Positions 12,335 to 29,005 of a stretch of DNA of 64,000 bases are shown here, piece by piece (within the stretch, counting starts at the first letter, position 1; each line of letters begins with the position of its first letter). Position numbers and translations under genes: made by a program. The notes beneath the pieces were generated by a model. It was not told the DNA's origin. It was given only the letters and a program-made list of their open reading frames with translations, and ran no database searches. Source of the DNA: the human T2T-CHM13v2.0 reference genome, Homo sapiens; NCBI RefSeq assembly GCF_009914755.1, contig NC_060931.1, one strand, 5' to 3'.

Positions 12335-12624
12335 ATGAGTTCTCACACCTGTAATCCCCGCATTTGGGGAAGCTGAGGCCAGTGGATTACTTGAGCCCAG
12401 GAGTTTGAGACCAGCCTGGGTAACATGGTGAAACCCTGTCGCTACAAAAAATACAAAAATTAGCTGGGCATGGTGGCTGGCACTGGCAGTTTCAGCTACT
12501 CCACAGGTTGAGGATTGGTTGAGGAGGACTGCATGAACCCAGGAAGTTGAGGCTGCAGTGAGCCATGATTGAGCCACTGTACTCCAGCCTAGGTGGCAGA
12601 GGGAGACCCTCTCTCAAAAAAAAA
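12335..12624 (+). mobile_element. Alu (J-type)
   Basis: Dimer; TSD-like aaagaggat. Confidence 0.9.
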
Positions 12625-12739
12625 AGAGGATAAGACTCGTGTTGGAGTCACAGTTAAGAAGGCAAGAAATGATGAGAAGCCGGAATTTTGGCTGGGGCTA
12701 TGGGGATCCAGAGATAAACAGGCATTTCAGACACATTTT

Positions 12740-13038
12740 ATTTATCTATTTTTTGAAAAGTGGTCTCGCTTTGTCACCCAGCCTGGAGTGCAGTGACCCG
12801 TGATCTCGGCTCACTGCAACCTTTGCCTTCCTGGTTCAAGCAATTCTCCTGCTTCAGCCTCCCAAGTAGCTAGGATTACAGGTGTGCGCCACCACACCTG
12901 GCTAATTTTTGTATTTTTAGTAGAGACAGGGTTTCACCATGTTGGCCAGGCTGGTCTCGAACTCCTGACCTCAGGTGATCTGCCTACCTCAGCCTCCCAA
13001 AGTGCTGGGGTTACAGGCATAAGCCACTGCGCCGGGCC
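12740..13038 (-). mobile_element. Alu (S-type)
   Basis: Dimer; TSD cacatttta. Confidence 0.95.
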
Positions 13039-13660
13039 AAGGCACATTTTAAAGTAGAACCAACACTGCACACTTATTGGAATGGCCAAATTCCAAAACA
13101 TTGACAACACAATGCTGATGAGGCTGTGGAGGAACAGGAATGCGTTCAGCCATTGCTGGTGAAAATGCAAAATGGTACAGCCACTTTGGAAGACAGTTTG
13201 GTAGTTTCTTACAAAACTAAGCATTCTCTTACCTTAGATTCCAGCAATTGGGCTCCTTGGTATTTACCCAAAGGAATTGAGTACTTATGTTCCTACAGAA
13301 ACCCGTATGCAGATATTTATAGCAGCTTTAGTCATAATTGCAAAAACTTGGAAGCAAGCGAGAGGTTGTTCAGTAGATGAATGGGTAAACGGGCATATCC
13401 TGCCAATGGAATATTATTCAATGCTAAAAAGAAATGAGCTGTCAAGCCATGAAAAGACATAGAGGAAACTTAAATGCATATTACTAAGTGAAAGAAGCCA
13501 ATCTGGAGAGGCTACATACTGTATGACTGTAACTATCAGACATTCTGGAAAACGCAGAACTATGGAGACAATAAAAAGATCAGAGTCTCTCAGGGATTGG
13601 GGGGAGGGAGAGATGAACAGGCAGAACACAGATAATGTTTACTGCAGTGAAAATACTTGT

Positions 13661-14025
<365 letters not shown>

Positions 14026-14045
14026 TCATCAAAACCCATAGAATG

Positions 14046-14385
<340 letters not shown>

Positions 14386-15724
14386 CTAATGTACACTGAG
14401 TGTTGGCTTTAGCTGATAATGGTGTGTCAATGCAAGTTCCTCATAAATGTATCACTCTGGAGGGGGATGTTAATAGTGGGAGAGGCTGTGTATGTGTGGG
14501 GGCTGGGGATATAAGGGAAGTCTCTGTACACTGTGCTCAATTTGCTCAATTTTGCTGTGAACCCAAAATTTCCTAATAAATAAAGTCTTACTTTGAAGAA
14601 AGAAGTAGACTCAACTGGAATCTGTAATGGTTTAGATGTAGGGAAGTGGGCAACAGAGCCTGAGGTAAAGTGGCCCCAAGTTGCTGGTATAGGCATTTAT
14701 TTTCTGCCACTTGTCACACTATCTTCTGTCTCCACTGTGCAAGCACAGATACTTTCGCAAAAGCCAGAAAATTACTGACAATTATCTTAATATGTGAGCT
14801 TTTCCAAAGCACAGGCTGGATTATAAATCACAGAGAAAATTGAGACAAAAACAAACAAACAAACAAACAATCCTTCATTTGTTAGTTCCATGCTGTCACT
14901 TTAAACATTAGAAAACTAGGACCCCAGTAGGATTTTTCCTGGTTAATAGAATTAGTGCCTGGGCTGGGATCAGAAGGTGGATAAGCCAAGGGGTGTTGAC
15001 TCATATTTCAACAGAGCTAATACCACATCCTGGGGCTGGCTGTGCTTGTTTGCAGACTTAGTGTTAGTAAGTCTAGGTCTGTGGGACTTAAGATGTGTTA
15101 CTTAACTTTCTTGAAGGGAAAAGAGCACCTGCCAAGTCCATTGTCCCAAGGAGAGTTGCCTTTCTGACCTTGGTCTCTGCACCTGTAAAACGACCTTGGC
15201 AATATCTACCCTCTCTACTGCAGAGGACTTTGGAGAGAATGAAGTATGACAACGTGTTGGAAGTCCTGTGAAACTAATCTGGAAGTGAGATTGTGATTGG
15301 TTGGCTCAGGCCCTGAGAGTCCCAGGGCTCTGCTTCTGGTCCAGATTTTGTTACTAAGGAGGACAGTGCCTGGACAGGTAACTGAAGAGGGAGGCAATTT
15401 TGTTTCTGGTCTCTTTCTCATCTGTCCAGTGAGATATCTGGAAGAGACAACTCCCACTGTCCCTCCCTTTTATAACATGGAATGATACTATACACCAAAA
15501 ATTACAAAGGATTATTGTTTACTCGCAGTACTACGTTCTAATTTGCTACTCCTTTTTTCCCCTCTAAGGTAGAAAAGTGCTATAACATAGTTCCTTGTTG
15601 CACATATTAAATCTCTTTGCAACCAAATCACCCATAGTCCAAGTGCATTGGAATCCTGGAGCTAGGAAAGTGGGAAGAGCAGCTACAAATGGGTAGCAAT
15701 CTGCATGATTTAAAAAAAAATCAA

Positions 15725-15989
15725 GCTTTTTTTTGGAAGTAATTTTAGACACACAGGAAGTTGCAAAGATAGTAAGTGAACTCCCATGTAGGAGCCCTCG
15801 ATGGTTCTATCTTAATAATTATTAAACAATGTTTAATTTTAAGTAATTAAAATAATTATTGAATAATTGAATAATGATAGGACAGTATAAAAACCAAATA
15901 TGTGACATTGGTGCCATGTATGAGTATAGTTCCACGTCATTCTTCCCACATATCTAGATGTGCATGACCACTACTGCAATTAAGATACA
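15725..15989 (-). mobile_element. Old L1M 3' fragment
   Basis: aagtaattttagacacacaggaagttgcaaagatagta. Confidence 0.55.
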
Positions 15990-16973
15990 TGGGATGTTAA
16001 TTTTATGTGTCAACTTGGCTGGCCATGGTATCTGGATATGTGGTCAAATATTATTCTGGATGTTCTTATGAGGTTGTTTTTGAATGAGATTGACATTTAA
16101 GTTGGTGGACTTTGAGTAAAGCAAATTGCCCTACCTTGTGGGGTGGACCTCATCCAATCAGTAGAAGATGTGAGTAGAATAAAAGGCTGATCTCCCCCAA
16201 GCAAGAGGACATTCTGACAGCAGATGGCTGGCCTTGACTTACACTGCAGCATCAGCTCTTCCCCAGGTCTCGCCTGACAGTCTGACCTGCAAAGTCTAGA
16301 TTTGTCAGCCTCCGTAATGTTTTGAGCCTTCTCCTTAACATATGTATGTATGTATCTACGTATCTATCTATGTATCTATGTATCTGTCTATTTATACATA
16401 GATACATACGTATCTATGTATCTACGTATCTGTCTATGTATCTATGTATCTATCTATGTATCTATGTATTTATCTATTTATCTCTATCCATCTATCATCA
16501 TCTATATCTACATATCTTTGTATCTATCATCTATGTATCTATCAATCATCTATCTGTATGTATCTATCTATCTATATATCACCTATCTATGTATCTGTCT
16601 ATGTATCTATCATCTGTCTATCTCTATGTATTTGCGTATCTATATATCATCTATCTATCTGGATCTATGTATCTGTATATCATTTATCTATCTATGCATC
16701 TATCTAGGTACGTATCTATCTATGTACCTAGCTATGTATCTATCTACATACCTATTTATGTATCTATCTGTGCATATACAGATCTATGTGTGTATGTATG
16801 TATGTATCTATCAGTCATGTATCTATGTATCTATTTGTCATCTATGTATGTATATATGTATGTGTCTATTTGTGTATATATGTATGTATGTATGTATCTA
16901 TCTGTGTATTTATCTATGTATCTTTCTCTTTCTCTCATTAGTTCTTTTTGTCTGGAGGACTGTGACTACTACA
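15990..16973 (+). mobile_element. MLT2 LTR with expanded internal microsatellite
   Basis: gttaattttatgtgtcaacttggctggcc..ggtggactttgagtaaagc; 3' end attagttctttttgtctggaggactgtgactactaca. Confidence 0.85.
16341..16935. repeat. Compound (TATC)n/(TATG)n microsatellite, about 590 bp
   Basis: Degenerate tatc/tatg/tgtc tetramers; reads (GATA)/(CATA) on the minus strand. Confidence 0.97.
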
Positions 16974-17409
16974 GCACAGAATTAAGGAACCTGTCCTTTG
17001 ACCAGCAGTAGAGGCGATTGTCAGACACTCTGAAGTTTGAGCAGCCCTGTCCCCAGTAAACACTACTTCCAGCAGGATGAACAATGAATGAATCGGAAGT
17101 TCTGGTGGTCATTGCTACATAACACAGCAGTCCCTCTGGACAGTGGAGAGAGGAGCACGTCCTAATGGCCCCAAATGTTAGGAAGCTTTCCATCCTCTGT
17201 CAGCTTCATGGCTTGGAGTGTAAAGTGTGCTTCTCACACTTTCACAGGTGCAGCGGGGCAGGGACCTGAGAGTTTGCATCTCCATTGAGCTCCTAGGTAA
17301 GACCGGTGCTTCTGGCCTGCACAACACACTTCTTGGCATCAGATGCCCCTGAACTGGACCCCTAGCCCTGACCCCAACTGGTTCTGGGATTCTGGGAACA
17401 TTGCTCAAT

Positions 17410-17550
17410 TTAGTTGAGCCTAAACTTCACTATTTACAAATTGGGGGTGATGAGGCCTGGTTTACACACGTGCTGTGAGAGTCGGTGACATTGTGCCATG
17501 CAGTGCCTAGCACTGGTCTGGTACACAGTTATCACTCACTAAGTATTTCT
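17410..17550 (+). mobile_element. MIR fragment
   Basis: tgagcctaaacttcactatttacaaattgggg..cctagcac..ggtacacagt..cactcactaagtattt. Confidence 0.6.
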
Positions 17551-18648
17551 CTTCTTCTCCTTCTTCCTATCCCCAAATGGGGATGACCTTCCCGTAGGAG
17601 AATAAGAAAAGTTTAGTTTGAACACACACAAAAAGAACAGGACCTTCAGGACTGCCATCCCGGTTTTGAGTTTCTATTCTCCCAGTTTTCCCCTTCTTGA
17701 ATTATTGAGAGGTTAGACCTTGTCCAGCCTGCATTGATTCTGGTTGGCCCATAGTCATTTTTGTTTTAGAAACTGTGTTTTATCATTTTCCACGGGTCCA
17801 CACTGACCTTTGATATATAACTGCTTGAAAAATGAGTGTTCTTAGAGAATCATTCTCTAAAAAAGGGCAGCTTCACCTTATTCCCCATCTTCTTGGAGAA
17901 TGGGGTCCCAGAGCCCATCTCAGAATAATCCTTCTGACCATGCACTTTTCCCCTGGGGAGAAAGGTCTCAAAATGCAATTTATTGTAAAACACACAGTGG
18001 TTACAGAGCTACCACAGTCAATGATATTCCTTTTATTACCACTCAGATGAGAACAGAAAATGACATTGGGAAGCAGTGAACTCACCAGAAGGGCAGAGAA
18101 AGTCATTAAATTCAACATGCATCATATTTCATAATCAGAACCCCGCAGTCAGCACTGACACCACCGAATGAGTTTGTTGCAGCCATGATAATATAAAATC
18201 CAGTGCGTCTCCTTCCCCTGGCTCTCTCTTCCTGGACCCTAGCTAGGGCCAGGGCATTAATCATTGCAGACAGGGGACGGTGCAGGCCACTGCACTCTGG
18301 ATTGCATAAATTGAAAATACGTCAGTATTAGTGGAGAACACTGTCTTTAGTTTATCTTTGTTTGGAGCTCTGGCTTCTGAAGGGCTGGGATGTTATTACA
18401 GCTAAACCATCTAATTAGAGCCCTTCATGGCTTATGTGGGAAGGATTAAGAGGAAACCCTTTCTTCAGGGAGGGAAGCCTGCACTGAGAAGTTGTGGGGA
18501 TGCTGATGGAGTCTCCTAGTTGATATCCCAAGAGGTATATGGGAGTGAACGGGCACTCCTGTGGGCCCGGAGTGGGCCACCAGAAATACCTGGATGGACA
18601 TCAGCTTTATCTTAGCATTTTAGTTTGATTTTCTGTTCTGTGCCATAG

Positions 18649-19018
<370 letters not shown>

Positions 19019-19044
19019 AATACTTTTAAAATACTGTTTTGAAA

Positions 19045-19350
19045 CAAGGCATGGTGGCTTACACCTGTAATCTCTGCATTTAGGGAGGCTGAGGTGGAAG
19101 GATTGTTTGAATCCAGGAGTTCATGACCAGCCTGAGCAACACAGTGAGACCCCATCTCGACAGAAAATTTTTAAAAAATTAGATAGGTGTGGTGGCACAC
19201 ACCTGCAGTCCCAGCTACACAGGAGACTGAGGCAGGAGGATTACTTGAGCCCAAGAGGTCCAGGCTGCAGTGAGATCGCACCACTGCACTCCAGCCTGCG
19301 TGACAAAGCAAGACCCTGTCTCAAAAAATAATAATAATAAAAATAAAAAA
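19045..19350 (+). mobile_element. Alu (J-type)
   Basis: Dimer. Confidence 0.92.
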
Positions 19351-19554
19351 TGAAAACTCCAAGGACATGCGACAAGAATAACCTGAGGTTTCTTGAGTCC
19401 AGGGTATGTACTTAAGGAGTACCTTTTCTACAGGATAAAATCTTATACTTGATTTGATCATACAAGAACCTGCAGGATCTAACCCTTTTTTTGACTTCTA
19501 ATCTTAGCACACAAACCCAGCATTTCCTACTTCCATCACACTGAATGTTTGGAT

Positions 19555-19779
19555 CAAGCTTGTCCAACCTGCGGCCCATGGGCTGCATGTGGCCCAGGAT
19601 GTCTTTGAATGTGGCCCAATGCAAAATTGTAAACTTTCTTAAAACATTATGAGATTTTTTTGCATTTTTTTTTTTTTAGCTTGTCAGCAATTGTTAGTGT
19701 TAGTGTATTTTATGTGTGGCCCAAGACAGTCCTTCTTCTTCCGATGTAACCCAGGGAAGGCAAAAGATTGAACACCCTC
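19555..19779 (-). mobile_element. MER30 (hAT-Charlie MITE)
   Basis: caagcttgtccaacctgcggccc...gttagtgttagtgtattttatgtgtggcccaagaca...caaaagattgaacaccct. Confidence 0.9.
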
Positions 19780-19989
19780 GCATGGCCTTCTCTGTCTCCA
19801 CTGACCCAAATCTCTCTTGGCTCTTTAAATGCATGCTGCCAGCTTCTCGCTGCTGTTATGGAACATATCACAATGAATTCAAAGTTCTTGGTTTATCCCT
19901 TTCTCTGTGATGATAGGTCACCACAGTTTTTAAATGGAAGGATTAGGATTTAAAATCAAGTAATCCTCAGCCCCGCAAAACGTATCTTA

Positions 19990-20430
19990 CTTATAATTCA
20001 AGAGGTACTTTAAAAGATGTTGCAGTTAATATACAAAGCCAGTCCATGAAGAGAAATGCAATAACCAAAATCAGATCATTAGCGAAACAGTAAAAGGCTG
20101 AACTGATGTGGCAGAAAATCAAATTAGCCACATAAAAGTCAGAATCAAGAAAAAGACACCGTATAAAAATTAATAGAAAAATAATGCAAAGTAATGAACG
20201 TAGGAGAGAGCATGTGGAACTCCAACCCACCACTGAAGGCAGGATAAAAAGGGGAGAAGATAAAGGGATGGTGCAGAATTAGTAACCAAGGGTATAAGTG
20301 AAGAATGATCCATAGCTTAAAAAAAAAAAAAGGAAATTTAAAAATGTTTACTCAACTCCAGGTAAAACTAATAAGCAGAGAGCATTACCAAGATACAGTT
20401 TTTAACTTTGTTCTTTTAATTCAAAGACAT
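19990..20430 (+). mobile_element. Possible old L1/HAL1 ORF1-region fragment
   Basis: A-rich, gcagaaaatcaaattag (AENQIS-like) context; weak. Confidence 0.3.
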
Positions 20431-20458
20431 AATTTAAGCTAATTGGAAGTTTACTTTA

Positions 20459-20795
<337 letters not shown>

Positions 20796-21796
20796 ATTCC
20801 TTTATGCTCTTTCTGATCAACCACGAGGTATCAAATCACCTATTCTTGGCCATTAAGGGTTTCTCTGGGAGATCCAATAACTTCATTCACTTTTGATTAC
20901 ATTCAGTCTACTGTAAGACTTCAGTCTCAAAATTGATTTTACTCTAATATTTCATTCTAAACTCTCCTCTGTGCCTTCACCAACCTCCTAGTGGAGAAGA
21001 GTTGGCAAGCAAGGCCTAGCTCTGAGACGAGCCACCTGTTACTCTCCCCTAATGTTTCAGGTCCTCTAGTCATCTGGGGGAAAGAGGGGTTTCAGGTAAT
21101 AATTGTCATTTTTCAGTGGTTTCTCAGGTTTTTTTTCTGGCATTTCTGGTTCTAACTCCCTATTGCTTCTGCAGATGTAGCCATTGGCATCTTCATAGAT
21201 GCAATGTGAGTTTTCTTAAGGTCAAGTTCAACTACACCTCAACCCATCCTTCATCTGGACTCCCAAATGGCTTTCTTCCTTTGCCCTCGAACCATCAGAT
21301 CATGCGACCTCTGACAAATAGCGTGTTGCCTGCTGGCCAGGCAGCCCTACTGTGTCTGTTCCCTCCTCTGACCACAGGGCTCCCTTGTGAGCAGTTGCAG
21401 GAGCCAGGAAGGTCTTTTAATTCTCCAAAGAATGGGAGAGGTGGAGTGTGTATGACTCGTTCCGTCCACCCATCCTTTTCTTCCAGGCACACTACCCTTG
21501 TGGTCTTTTGCCCTTGTGGTGCAGTGAGCCTCCTGCATTGAGAAATCTCTAGAAGGGGAGAGGCTGTGGTTCACACAGGCTTCCAAACTCCAGGGATCCA
21601 TGACAAACCCTCCAACAACTCCTCACTATACTTCTCTTTGTCCTGAGGACTGCACTTGAGTGACCACGTGGATTCCTCAGTTCAGCAAACACACGGCTGG
21701 GGCAGGTGATACAAATGTCCAGTTCTAGCAGACTCCCTGCATTTTGGCACGTTTTTCTACTGGAGTCCTCCTGGGGACAGAAGAAAAAGCCTTAGA

Positions 21797-21931
21797 AGCC
21801 CGGTGCGGTGGCTCACGCCTGTAATCCCAGCACTTTGGGAGGCCGAGGTGGGCGATTCACAAGGTCAGGAGATCGAGACCATCCCGGCCAACATGGTAAA
21901 ACCCCGTCCCTATTAAAAATACAAAAATTAG
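21797..21931 (+). mobile_element. Alu left arm only
   Basis: Ends at middle A-linker (aaaatacaaaaattag). Confidence 0.9.
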
Positions 21932-21964
21932 TTGATGAAAGTAGGTAGGAAGAATGATGGTTTA

Positions 21965-22297
<333 letters not shown>

Positions 22298-22455
22298 TCA
22301 GAGTATAACTATTGCCCCCCGTCAAGGCTCTAGTGACTTTCCACCTCCTCCCCACAGTATCTTCCCTATTTAGACTTGTACATGAGTGGAGTCTCAGACG
22401 ATTGAGGTGCAGGGGTGACATTTGGGTATAGTCCTCTTTAGAATATGGAAATGTT

Positions 22456-22808
<353 letters not shown>

Positions 22809-23242
22809 TCATTAATTTCAGGGCAACAGAAAAAACTCCATGCAATATACCATTACTTAGAAAAATGTTAACTATTAATGTACTTATAAAAATGTTAACT
22901 ATTACATAAGGGCAAGAGCACACTCACTGCAGTTTTTAAAAATATGGAATCATTCCCTGCAAGCATTCTGAAGATTACATTTTGCACGTTAGCAAACGAC
23001 CTTGAAACTATTTCCAGAGCAACTTTTTAATTTTTCTCCCATGTACACAGGAAGAACCCAGCTCCTCTTGGAGAGAGGTGGGACCATGTTACTAAGTGGT
23101 GGGCACAGGTGGTGGAGAACACTTCCAGGCTGACCAGAAAATATCTTATAACATCATCCTCACTGTCTGCCTCATCTACACAGTGAAAACAAAGGATTCT
23201 AAGATGGTAGAACCACAACTTGAAGAGAGACTGGGCCTTTGA

Positions 23243-23588
<346 letters not shown>

Positions 23589-23649
23589 TGAATTCACATC
23601 TTTAAAGAGTCACTTGGGCTGTGATCTAGACTTCAGCTTGACATATTTA

Positions 23650-23985
23650 CTATTCTTCTAAGGGTGGATTATGGAATCATTTCCAATTATTGAGGATTTC
23701 ATACAGTGATTCAATGAGTACCTTTGTGTATATGACAGCATATTTCTGTGTAGAGCCAGGATTGCTGGACCAAAGGGTATGTACAAGTTTTACTCTGATA
23801 GTGGCAAAATCCCTCCCTCCAAAATTATCCTGACATAAGCTATTTATAGTATATAACAGTACCTCACTCCTTAGACCCAACTGATATATTGTTTTCCTGT
23901 GACTTGCTTATTCATAAGTTCTGCCCATTTATTTGTGCTGAATTCTATGCAATATTTTCCTTACACATTTGTAGCATCTGTATAT
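23650..23985 (-). mobile_element. Old L1ME-like fragment
   Basis: atttccaatt..ggattgctggaccaaagggtatg..tctgcccatttattt. Confidence 0.5.
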
Positions 23986-24570
23986 GTTATTTACTTACTT
24001 ATCCAAGAATATATATTGGGATCCTAGTATTTGCAAGGGGCTATCCTTGGCATTGAGTAAATCATTGGGAATGAAAGCACATGTGGTTTCTGAAGAAAAG
24101 AAAGAAGGTGAGATTGAGGGTTGGGTAGGAATAAACCAGGGAAGGTCAAAAAGAAAGGGAAAGAAAAGAGGAAGGTTCTAAGTAGAGGCAGCAAGTGCCA
24201 AGGGCATGATAGAAAGATTACAAAGAGAACCAAATAAATACTCCTTGTTGTTGAGTTTCAGATGATAGAACAAGAGAAAAAGAGACACTGGAATATGTAA
24301 AAGCTAGAGCAGAGATATACCCATATACGAATGAGGCAGAATACAGGGCTGAGTTGGCAAAGTAGGTGTTAAACTTCATATCCTCTTCGGTAACTTTAGT
24401 CTAGGTACGTGAACACAGCTTTGTTGATACCAGTGGTTACATGGTGAATTCCGGTGAGCTTCGTCCTCAAAATTCTGGTCTCCTCTGGAATGTCAGGGCA
24501 CTTCATTGCTGGAGGTGAGGGACCATGGCTGCTCATGGAAACTTAGGAAAGATTGTAGAATGGCCGGGGT

Positions 24571-24868
24571 AGGCTGGACTTGGTGGTTCACACTTGTAAT
24601 CCCAGCACTTTGGGAGGGCGAGGTGGGCAGATCACTTGAGGTCAGGAGTTCGAGACCAGCCTGTCCAACATGGTGCAACCCCATCTTTACTAAAAATACA
24701 AAAATTAGCCAGGCATGGTGGTGGACGCCTGTAGTCCCAGCTACTTAGGAGGCTGAGGCAGGAGGTTCTCTTGAGCCAGGGGGCGGAGGTGGTAGTGATC
24801 CAAGAATATACCACTGTACTACAGCCTGGGTGATGGGAGAGAAACCCTGTCTCAAAAAAAAAAAAAAA
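24571..24868 (+). mobile_element. Alu
   Basis: TSD attgtagaat/attatagaat. Confidence 0.95.
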
Positions 24869-24944
24869 TTATAGAATTACTTTCCCCAAGTCGAGGCCTT
24901 GCTTTATTTGAGGGAGTTTTAAAAAGTTTCAACAATATTTCTTT

Positions 24945-25252
<308 letters not shown>

Positions 25253-25340
25253 TCCGATTTATATATCAAGATGGCAAATTTAGTCTATGAGTTTATCATT
25301 TATTTCATCCCCAAATTGTTTAAATTGTTTCAACAGTTTA

Positions 25341-26106
<766 letters not shown>

Positions 26107-26382
26107 AAACTACATGAAAGAGATGTAATGTCATAAATGTTAACCATTTGTGTATTATATGCCTTAGTAACATTCCCCCCCGGCCCCAATTCTGGCTCTT
26201 GAGTTTGTGTCTTTCCCAAGAATTTCTAATTCTTATATAGGAAAATGTCTCAGTCTTTTCCTTTGTGATATTTGATTTTTGTGCCAGGTTCCAGAAGGTG
26301 TTGCCTGTACCGAGAATACATAGCAATATTATGTTACTTTTTTAGGTTATTTTTAATACTTAACCTTTAATCTACCCAGAAC

Positions 26383-26692
<310 letters not shown>

Positions 26693-27088
26693 CTACCCAG
26701 AATATATATTTGTGTGCACGTGTGTGTGTGTGATAATATGGGGGGGGGGGCTTAGATAATTTTTAAATGCCCCCAAATTATTTGTTGAGTAACTTTTCTG
26801 CATATAGGTTCTATTTGTAAGCTCTCCAGTATAGGCTACTGGTCTGTCGGTTCTTAAGCCACCACTCACCTACTTAATTATTGTAGCTTTTAGGATAGGT
26901 CAATAACTGAAGAGGAATTCCCGATTGATTAGTCTCCATTTTTGAACTTTTCTTCAGTTTTCTAGGTTGATTTTAGAACTAAGTTTCCAAAAAGTATTTT
27001 GTTGGAAAGTTCATGGAAATTGTATTGAATATATGGTACCAAATGACACGAACTAGTAATGCTTCCCAGCACTGAAGAAACAAGCTGG

Positions 27089-27392
27089 GGACCGAGCACG
27101 GTGGCTCATACCTGTAATCCCAGCACTTTGGGAGGCTGAGGTGGGCAGATCACTTGAGGTCAGGAATTTGAGACCAGTCTGGCCAACATGGTGAAACCCC
27201 GTCTCCACTGAAAATACAAAAATTAGCTGGGTGTGGTCGGTGGGTGCCTGCAATCCCAGCTGAGGCTGAGGCATGAGAGTTGCTTGAACCCGGCAGGCAG
27301 AGGTTGCAGTGAGCTGAGATCGCGTCACTGTACTTCAGCCTGGGCGATAGAGCTAAACTCAGTCTCAAAAAAAAACAAAAGAAAAGAAAAGA
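27089..27392 (+). mobile_element. Alu
   Basis: TSD aagaaacaagctggg/aagaaacaagttggg. Confidence 0.95.
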
Positions 27393-27849
27393 AACAAGTT
27401 GGGAAATTTCTAAAATATTGCTTTCTTCCTAGGTAAACTTAATAAATAAGAAAACATCCAACTGTTAAATTTCTTGGGGAAGAAGTTTCCAAACAGAGGG
27501 AGGGGATAGAGATAAGTGTCCCACTCCACCATCCATTCCAAAAGTCACTGACTGACATGTTCTCGAGTGATCAGGGTATGACCCAGGCTGCTGTATCCAG
27601 CCAGGCTGTCATTCATGTAAGAGAACTGCACAAAGACATTCTTAGATCCAAACACTGACACTTTTTTTCTTTCACTGCAAGCCCTTTCTGCTAAAAGGCC
27701 TGGAAGCTATGACTCAGAACACCCACTACTAGATAGCAGTGAGAATTCTTGAAAAGGAATGTTACTTTTGAAAAGGACATGCGATAGCAAGTAAAACCAA
27801 GTAACCATTAGAGAGAGAAGTCGCTTGGAATACCAAGGATGTGTCTGTG

Positions 27850-28349
27850 TGTTGGAGGCAGAAAGAATGAGGGCCGTGATCAACTCAGTATACCACTGGA
27901 GGCTGTATGAGTAAGCAGCAAACTGTTTCTCATGAATGCAGAATGTTGGCAGACCGACAAACTGCGTCTGCCACCCAGAAGGAATGCTGAGGGCAGTCAC
28001 ACCCCCAAGCGCAGTGTTTCTTGTGATTAGGTACATATGAAGCCAGTTAGTAATAATATGAACCTGTGATCAATTAAGCAGCTGACCAATCATTACCTCG
28101 TCCTCCCTGCTCTTTCCACCCAATAAATATGAAGGGCTGAAGAAGCTTGGGGCTGCTGCCCTTGCTCACTAGAAGGAGGGAGCCCTCTTCTTCTTCCCCT
28201 GGCCCCTTCCTTTAAAATAGTTTCTTTTGTCTTAAGTTTTCATTTCTACGTTCGTCCTTTCGTTCAGTCTCGTAATGACGGTCTCAAGTAGTGACAGTAG
28301 TAACTGCCCTAGTGACGGTCTCAAGTAGCAGCTGTGGCAGTCAGCCGTA
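27850..28349 (+). mobile_element. LTR3B-like solo LTR (HERV-K HML-6 type)
   Basis: tgttggaggcagaaagaatgagggccgtgatcaactcagtataccactggaggc...gacggtctcaagtag x2...gtggcagtcagcc; about 500 bp; internal CCAAT and aataaata. Confidence 0.75.

Positions 28350-28414
<65 letters not shown>
28350..28414. repeat. (TC)n(TG)n compound microsatellite
   Basis: About 9 TC plus about 23 TG units. Confidence 0.97.
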
Positions 28415-28416
<2 letters not shown>

Positions 28417-28446
28417 TGTCTGAATAGAATAGCCTATATATTCAGA

Positions 28447-28648
28447 AATACATAGCAATATTATGTTACCTCTTTAGGTTATTTTTAATACTTAACCTTT
28501 AATCTACCCAGAATGGCTGATGTGGTGGCTCACACCTGTAATCCCAGCACTTCCGGAGGCTGAGGTGGGCGGATCACTTGAGGTCAGGAGTTGGAGATCA
28601 GCCTGGCCAACATGGCAAAACCCCGTCTCCAGTAAAAATACAAAAAAA
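28447..28648 (+). repeat. About 200-bp dispersed duplicate of 26315-26517 (flank plus Alu left arm)
   Basis: 67-nt non-Alu flank identical except 2 nt; shared Alu variants atggcaaaa and agtaaaaatac. Confidence 0.92.
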
Positions 28649-29005
28649 TTGTATTAGGAGAGTGGGTGCTAAGTATATTTCCCTGCTATAGTCGTTAGAA
28701 AAAAGTTAAAGGTCCAAAGTCTATAAAGCCAATTGTTTTTTTCCCTTTTCTTTAGGGAAAAATGTTTTTCTTAGATTGCTAATAATGTGAGGTTAACGGT
28801 CATATTTCCTATCTGTAAATTAGTAAGTTGGCATTCTGGTTTCATACCAGAATTGAGGTTTCATACTTAATCTCTGAGTTTGGTTATATAGTGACATTCC
28901 CCCCTTCAAATACAATAATTTCTGTTCAACTGCAGAGGTTAGGGTCTTGTCAATCATGGTTGAAAAAATGTGTGATCAAATAAACAGATGTTCTTTTAGA
29001 AAAAT

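Noticed and set aside
16322-17011. 229-aa and 211-aa ORFs (longest in the window)
   Set aside because: Translations of the TATC/TATG microsatellite, which lacks stops; low-complexity Y/L/S/I/M/C peptide
21116-21541. 141-aa ORF in non-Alu sequence
   Set aside because: Non-ATG start, no recognisable domain, no supporting promoter or exon structure
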